DNA of 58,824 nucleotides from Chiloscyllium plagiosum. Its lineage: Eukaryota. Under the pieces are notes generated by a model. It did not search any database. It was not told the origin of the DNA and worked only from the letters and a program-made list of their open reading frames with translations. Where the stretch lies: NCBI RefSeq assembly GCF_004010195.1, contig NC_057720.1:30828231-30887054 (forward strand). The letters run 5' to 3'. Below are positions 51,599 to 58,824 of the stretch, piece by piece. The stretch's first letter is position 1. Every line of letters begins with the position of its first letter. The position numbers were made by a program, and so were the translations under genes.

Positions 51599-52359
51599 CT
51601 TCTCAAGCACAATGAGGCATTGGCAATAAATCGCTGGTTCAGCCAGCAACACCCACACCCAATGAATGAATAAAAGAAAACTTGGTACATGACTTGGGTA
51701 TCATCTTGGCTCAGTGGTAGCATTGACAATGTGCAGTCAGAAAGCTAGGGTTTCAAACCACTCTTCACCATTATCTAGTCTGACACCTCGGAGCATTATT
51801 GTGCAAATGCTTCAGTGTTCGTGATGCCGTTTTTCTGACATGCCCTGTTGGCCTGAAACTGAGAATGATCTGCTCTCATGTCATTGTCCTATTGACTTTA
51901 TATGTCACGTGGGCTTTCAAACACAATGTGCTGAATGTTATCAGACCTCTGGAGACAGACTGATAGACATGATGTCTTTGTGCCACCATGCCATTTTGCC
52001 AGAGGAGATAAGGGTGGTACACACACTGCCCACCTGGACCTAATACAGTCACCAAAGAGAGCAATTAAGGGTTGATTTTGGGGTCCAACTGACAAGTGGG
52101 GAAGCGATTCAACAGCCTGACTGCCTCCCAGCATGAGGAAGGGGGCCTTCTCTTTTTGGGTAATCCATGGCTTATAGAGGTTCCTTCTCCAGTGGCAATG
52201 GAAAACTGCCTGTCATCAGCATCCCTCCATTCCAAACATCTGGGGAATGCCAACTTGGCCCAATGTCTTTAAACCATTTCCCTGTCTCTGAGAACACATT
52301 TGCAAGTGTAGCCACAGCAATGGTGCTGGTGAAATGCCAGCTTTCTCAATGAACAGGCA

Positions 52360-52455
52360 GCTGATGAAGGGCTTTTGCCCAAAATATCGATTTTCCTGCT
52401 TCTTGGATGCTGCCTGATCTGCTGTGCTTTTCCAGCACCACTCTGATCTTGAGCT
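52360..52455 (+). mobile_element. Penelope mini-insertion beginning at the hammerhead core, decayed
   Basis: CTGATGAAGGGCTTTTGCCCaAAAtaTC followed by the family A tail. Confidence 0.7.
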
Positions 52456-53237
52456 CTTCAGATCAGCCTTGGCCCTGAAGAGGAGAGACAGCCCTGTGCA
52501 GGGCAGTTAATTGTACACTGTCAGGAAATACCACTCTGGGTCCAGCTGCTTGACAGAAGTCACGATCAGAATTGTCCATAATACTAACTGCATTGTAGCT
52601 ATCTGAAGGAACCCAAGAAATAGGACATAACAAATAGTTTTAGGTGGAAATCTTCAAAACTCCAAATCTGCAAGCTTGATTTCTTATCTTCACAAGATGA
52701 TGTAATGCAATTGTTTCAACTGAACATTAAAGGTGGACTGCTGAAAATCTTCCCAACATATTTAATTATGGGTAATAATGCCCCTTCATTAAGTACTGCT
52801 GATATGTGTATTCTTCAAGTTTTGATGTATATAAGTCAGTCCTTCAAAAGGAGCATCAAATGCAGGTAAAGTAAGCAGACTTGAGCTTTTTCATAATTCA
52901 TGAACACAGCTTCTGCAGAGTGCATTGCTTATAACTAGATTTCTTCATTTTCTATTTTTGAAACATCAGTTTTACTGCTAAGAGAAATGAATTCAGGATC
53001 TGTTAATGCACCTATTTTATGTGAACAACAGAAAATGCATGATTTCCTTGCATTAACATTGATTTTCATTTGACAGCTATTATTATATATATTTTATTTT
53101 ATATATATATACTTGAAAGCTATTGATTGTAGGGTGAAACTAATTCACTACAAGACTTGGCAACACCTTTTACAGGTCTATCAATCCATAAAAGAGCCAC
53201 CACGCATCTGACTTAGTGCTGCCTTTATCTAATTCTT

Positions 53238-55254
53238 TAGAACAGAGAACATTTCAGCGCAGTACAGGCCCTTCAGCCCTCGATGTTGCACCGTTCTGTT
53301 AAACTAATCTGAAGTCCATGTAACTTACACTCTTCCATTATCATCATTACGTTTATCCAATGACCACTTAAATGCCCCTAAAGTTGGCAAATCTACTACT
53401 GTTGCAGGCCATGCATTCCACGCCCCTACTACTCTGAGTAAAGAAATTACCTCTGATATCTGACTTATGTCTATCACACCTCAATTGAAAACTACGTCCC
53501 CTCGTGCTAACCATTGCCATCTGAGGAAAAAGGCTCTCACTGTCCACCCAATCTAACCCTCTGATTATCTTATATGTCTCAACTAAATCGGCTCTCAACC
53601 TTCTTCTCTCTAATGAAAACTACTGCAAGTCCCTCACCCTTTCCTTATAAAACCTTCCCTTCATACCAGGCAACATCCTGGTAAATCTCCTCTGAACCCT
53701 TTTCAAAGCTTCCACATCCTTCTTAAAATGCAGTGACCAGAACTATATGCAATACTCCAAGTGTGGCCGTACCATAGTTTTGTACAGCTGCAGCATGATC
53801 TCATGGTTCTGAAACTCAATCCCTCTACCAATAAAAGCTAACACACCATATGCCTTCTTAACCACCCTATCAACTTGGGTGGCTACTTTCAAGGATCTGT
53901 GTACCTGGACACCGAGATAACTCAGCTCATCTACACTAACAAGAATCTTACCATTAGCTCAGTACTCTGCATTCCTGTTACACCTTCCAAAGTGAATCAC
54001 CTCACACTTTTCCACATTAAATTCCATTTGCCACCTCTCAGCCCAGCTCTGCAGCATATCTATGTCTCTCTGTTACCTACAACATTCTTTGTCACTATCC
54101 ACAACTCTACTGACCTTAGTGTCATCCACAAATTTACTAACTCATCCTTCTATGCCCTCATCCAGGTCATTTATATAAATGATAAACAACAGTAGACCCA
54201 AAACAGATCCTTGCAGTACTCCACTAGTAACTGAACTCCAGAATGAATATTTCCCATCAACCATCACCCTCTTTCTTCTTTCAGTTAGCCAATTTCTGAT
54301 CCAAACCACTATATCACCCTCAATCCCCCATGTCTCTGAATTTTCTGCAATAGCCTACTGTGGGGAATCTTATCAAACGCCTTAATGAAATACACATACA
54401 CCACATCAACCACTTTACCCTCATCCACCTGTTTGGTCACCTTCTCAAAGAACTCAATAAGATTTGTGAGGCACGACCTACCCTTCACAAACCCCTATCT
54501 CTTGTAACCTTTTCCAACACATCACCCACAACCACAGTAAGGCTCACTGGTCTATAATTACCAGGGTTGTCTCTACTCCCCTTCTTGAACAAGGGAACAG
54601 CATTTGCTATCCTCCAGTCTTCCAGAAACTTTCCTGTAGATAATGACTGCAAAGGCTCTGTAATCTCCTCCCTGACTTCCCAGAGAATCCTATGATAAAT
54701 CCCATCTGGCCCAGGAGACTTACCTATTTTCACACTTTCCAGAATTGCTAACACCTCCTTCTTGTGAGCCTCAATCCTTGTATCATAGTAGCCTGTATCT
54801 CAGTATTCTCCTCAACAACATTGTCTTTTTCCAGTGTGAATATTGATGAAAAATATTCATTTAACGCTTTCCCTATCACCTCTGACTCCATCTACAACCT
54901 GCCACTACTATCCTTGATTGACCCTAATTTTACTCTATTCATTCTTTTTTGCCTGATATACCTATAGAAATCCTAAGGGTATTCCTTGATCCTAGCTGCC
55001 ACCAACTTCTCATGCCCCCTCCTGGCTCTTCTTAGCTCTCTCTTTAGGTCTTTCCTGACTAACTTGAAATTCTCAAGCGCCCTAACTGAGCCTGCACTTC
55101 TCATCCTAACATAAGCCTTCTTCTTTCTCTTGACAAGAGCTTCAACTTCTTTAGTAAACCATGGCTCCCACTGCTTGACCACTTCCTCCCTGCCTGACAG
55201 GTATGTACTTATTAAGGACAAGGAGCAGCTTGTCCTTGAATAAGCGCCACATTT
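53238..55254 (-). mobile_element. CR1 ORF2 fragment, cut at 55255 by an L1-clade insertion
   Basis: KSPGPDGIY, NPGNYRPVSLT and EPWFTKEVE motifs; homologous to 10691-11993. Confidence 0.9.
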
Positions 55255-58200
55255 CTTTTTTTAATAGATATTTTTATTAGAGATTTAACATTTTTACAAG
55301 TTTACAAAAATAAACAAAACTCTCAAATACAAACATTGATATACAATTAAATCAAATATACAATAGCCAAAATTTAACAAAAGAAAAAATACCGAAAAAG
55401 GAAAAAAACACAAAACTCAACTATCTACTAATCTAACCTACAACTAACCAGAGTGTATATATTTAAGTCTCTTACATGCTCGGAATGTGTTAACATCAAA
55501 TGTAATAAAACCCGTATTCGTGTGGGATTCCTCTCCTAAGGGGCCCCGAACCAGCCAGGTTTGTAATCTCAATTAAATAAGAGCCCTTGTTAGGATAGCC
55601 GAAATATCTGTATTTATGTAATTCAAGAAGGGCTGCCATATTTTATAAAATAATTCGGTCTTTCGGTGCACCATATTTGTAAGGAAGTCAAGGGGAATAC
55701 ATTGCATAATTAATCTGTGCCAATTTGAAAGTCCGGGGGGCCCTCAGCCACCCAGTTCACCAAAATATTCTTTCTTGCACAGAAAGAGAGAATAGAAAAT
55801 AGTCTTTTTCCGTACATGTCCAGGGAGGGAAAGTTCGAAAAGCCCAAAAGGAGAGATACAGGGTCCACTTTACAATCGATCCGGTGCTATATGGGCCCTG
55901 TGAAGTATCTTCAGCTGGATAGCCTGGGTTCTGTTACAGATAGTAATTCTTCTAGCATTTTCCCAAATATCATTCCATGTTTCTATAGAGATTTCTGGTC
56001 CCAAATCCTGATCCCATGTTTTAAGCAGATTATCCATATCTCCCAAAACTTCATCATGTAGTAAATGATAAATAGTACTGACGGAAGATACCCCCACTCA
56101 TCGTAGGACACTACAAATCTCTATCTGATTTATAAAGACTATCTAATAACGTAGTCTTCTTCTGTATATAGTCTCGAATTTGGAAGTATCGAAAGAGGTC
56201 TCCATTAGGTAATCCGAATTTCTGACGCAGCTGTTCAAAAGACATCAGGACCCCATCTTTAAATAGGTCCCCTAGACATGAGATTCCCCTGGATATCCAG
56301 AGTTTAAAAGTGGCATCTGTAAACCCCGGTTGGAATCCCCATGCTCCCACTATCGGTGCATAGGGGGATGTTTTATGTGAATTACCCTCATTTTGCCGCA
56401 TTATATTCAAAGCCTTAATTGTGTTTAGTATTATAGGGTTTTTACAGTGATCTGTAATGATTTTCCTCTTGTCTGAAAATAAAAGGTTAATAAGTGGGTA
56501 TTTTACTTGAGAAGCCTCGATGTCCAACCAGATTGATTGTGGATCAGACAAGACCCAATCAGCTATGTAACTTAATAGGGAACTTAACTGATATTTCCTA
56601 AAATCTGGGAAGTCCAATCCTCCCCTTGCCTGTGGAAGCTGTAGCTTCTTCAACTTAATGAGGGGCCGTCTATGAACCCAGCCAGCCATATAATTTACGT
56701 AGAGCCAGCCTCGGCAGCATCACTGGATGCATTCTCATAGGATATAGGAGACGGGGCAGGATATTCATTTTAATTAGTGCTATTCTACCCAACCAGGAAA
56801 TTGGAAGGTCTCCCCATCGCTGGAGGTCCTGCCTTATCCTTTCCAGTAAATGCACAAAATTAGCCTTATACAACTGACCAAATACTGGGGTAATAAAAAT
56901 GCATAAATATAAGAAGCCCTCCAGGGACCAACAAAAGGGAAAAAGGGATCCATCCACTAAGTGGGGTATCATAGCAAGGCCACCCATTGGCATAGCCTCC
57001 GATTTTGAAAAATTAATTTTATAGCCTGAGAATGCACTAAACGTATTAATAACTTGGATTAGGCGAGGTACGGACATCAGAGGATTACTGAGGAATAGAA
57101 GAACATCATCTGCATAAAGGGTAATTTTATGTTTACCTGTACCAATCCTCGGGACCATTATATTAGGATCAGCTCGTATAGCTTCTGCTAGTGGTTCAAT
57201 TATTAGCGTAAATAACAATGGCGAGAGCGGACATCCCTGACGGCAGCCCCTACCCACACTGAAGCTATCCGAACCTAATCCAATGGTAACCACAACTGCT
57301 TTGGGATCACTATACAATGTTGAGACCCATTTGATAAACACCTGTCCAACGCCAAACCTCTCCAATGTGTAAAACAAATATGACCATTCGACCCTATCAA
57401 ATGCCTTTTCCGCGTCTAATGAAACCACTACTCCTGGTATCTTTCCCAGATGACAAGCTTGAATCATATTCAGAACCCTTCTAACATTATTGGATGATCT
57501 ACGGCCCTCAATAAACCCCGTCTGATCCTCCTTTATAATATGTGGCAGTATCCTTTCTAATCTCAGTGCTAACATTTTAGAGAGGATTTTAAAATCTACA
57601 TTTAGCAAGGATATTGGTCTGTATGATGCACAATCTTCTGGGTCCTTTCCTTTTTTAAGGATAAGAGAGATATTTGCCTCTTACAGCGAAGGCGGGAGAC
57701 AGCCCTGACTATATGCATAGTTATACATGTCCATAAGTGGACCAACCAGTATTTCTGTAAATTCTTTATAGAATTCAGCTTGAAAGCCATCTGGGCCCGG
57801 CGTCTTACCATTTTGAAGGTGCCTAATTGCATCAACTATTTCTTGGGGTGTAAGAGGAGCATTTAGGACCGATACTTGTTCCGGAGTTAGGTCTGGAAAA
57901 GTCAAATTTTTAAAAAATGACTGCATCCTCTTCGCCCTATCTTCACAATCCTGTGATTTATATAACTCAGAATAGAATTTTCTAAAGGTCGCATTAATCT
58001 TTTTAGGATCATGAGTCAAAATACCCGTACTATCTTTGATAGACATAATAGTCTGAGGGGCCTTTTTTTCTTTGCAAGAAATGCTAAGTATCTACCCGGT
58101 TTGTCGCCATATTCATATAACCTTCGCTTTGCAAATAATATTTCCCTCTTAGCCGTTTGAGTAAGTGTAGTATTTAGAGCTGTCCTAAGAGCTGTAATCC

Positions 58201-58824
58201 TTTGCAATTTAATAATAGAGGGTCTATCAGTGTATGCTGTTTCAGCCGCTTTTAAGCGGGCTTCAAGCAAACGCTGTTGTTCTCCCTTTAATTTCTTCTG
58301 GGTCGCTGAGTAGGAGATGATCAAGCCTCGCGTGTAAGCTTTGATGGTCTCCCACATCATTGACGGGTTGCTAGCTGTACCTGAATTAATTTCTAAAAAA
58401 GTTTTAAATTCTTGAGAGAAGTACTTTACAAATTTACTATCTTTCATTAAGAAGGGGTCCATACGCCAATGCCGAGGGAATGTCCCACTGTTCCTCGCCT
58501 TAGTTTCCATATATACAGCAGCGTGGTCAGAAATTGCTATATTACCTATTTTACAGGATGATATGGAATTAAAAAAAATTGAGGGGGCAAAAAACATATC
58601 AATCCTGGTATGACATTTATGTGGATTAGAGAAGAAAGAAAAATCTCTACCCTGTGGATGAAGACATCTCCATACATCTACTAATCCCAATTCTTTGTTC
58701 AGATCCATCAATTGTCTAGATCTGGGAGATACTCCTGAAGTACTCTTGGGAATCCTATCTATTTCCGAATCCATAATACAGTTAAAGTCTCCCCCTATAA
58801 TTATATGACGGGCAACAAAAGCCA
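55255..58824 (-). mobile_element. L1-clade (L1/Tx1 group) LINE: frameshifted ORF2 (APE, RT, C-terminus), 3' UTR and poly(A); continues beyond the window
   Basis: IIGGDFN, TRIDMF, SDH, KTPGPDGF, DQTGF, SLDAEKAFDRVEW, GCRQGCPLSP, YADD, GRIALIKMNILPR. ORF2 stop at 55573-55575. AATAAA and A-tail at 55255-55278. Confidence 0.95.

Noticed and set aside
875..52455. Dispersed short palindromic repeats as CRISPR or DNA-transposon MITEs
   Set aside because: The context is eukaryotic with no repeat-spacer array. Variable TSD length, asymmetric arms and linkage to GIY-YIG sequence indicate a Penelope retroelement origin.
52640..52870. ~70-codon open frame in unique sequence
   Set aside because: No recognisable homology, and splice signals are ambiguous on both strands.
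28806..58824. Mammalian DPH2 neighbours ATP6V0B or IPO13
   Set aside because: No exon matching either protein was recognisable in the window.

Overview
Repeat-rich vertebrate genomic DNA, most likely a cartilaginous fish (shark), inferred from the CR1 LINEs, HE1/V-SINE-like and DeuSINE-like SINEs and Penelope-derived repeats. It holds one complete protein-coding gene, DPH2 (+ strand, six coding exons, 21713-28805, 503 aa), with a CpG-rich promoter near 18.3-18.6 kb. On the - strand is a large terminal exon (8179-8936) encoding a transmembrane helix and a Tyr-containing tail from a gene I cannot name; it may be transcribed divergently from the DPH2 promoter. The rest is mostly mobile DNA: a near full-length CR1 with three nested insertions, many CR1/L2 fragments, a frameshifted L1-clade ORF2 at the right end, SINEs and a decayed C2H2 zinc-finger fragment. 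The most striking pattern is a set of short Penelope-derived insertions from at least three families. They carry minimal type I hammerhead ribozyme motifs (CUGAnGA-stem II-GAAA, with a palindromic ACGU/AGCU in place of stem III), and several form long fold-back palindromes between 8-16 bp target-site duplications. All calls were made by eye: family names come from recalled motifs and element boundaries are approximate unless a TSD is given.
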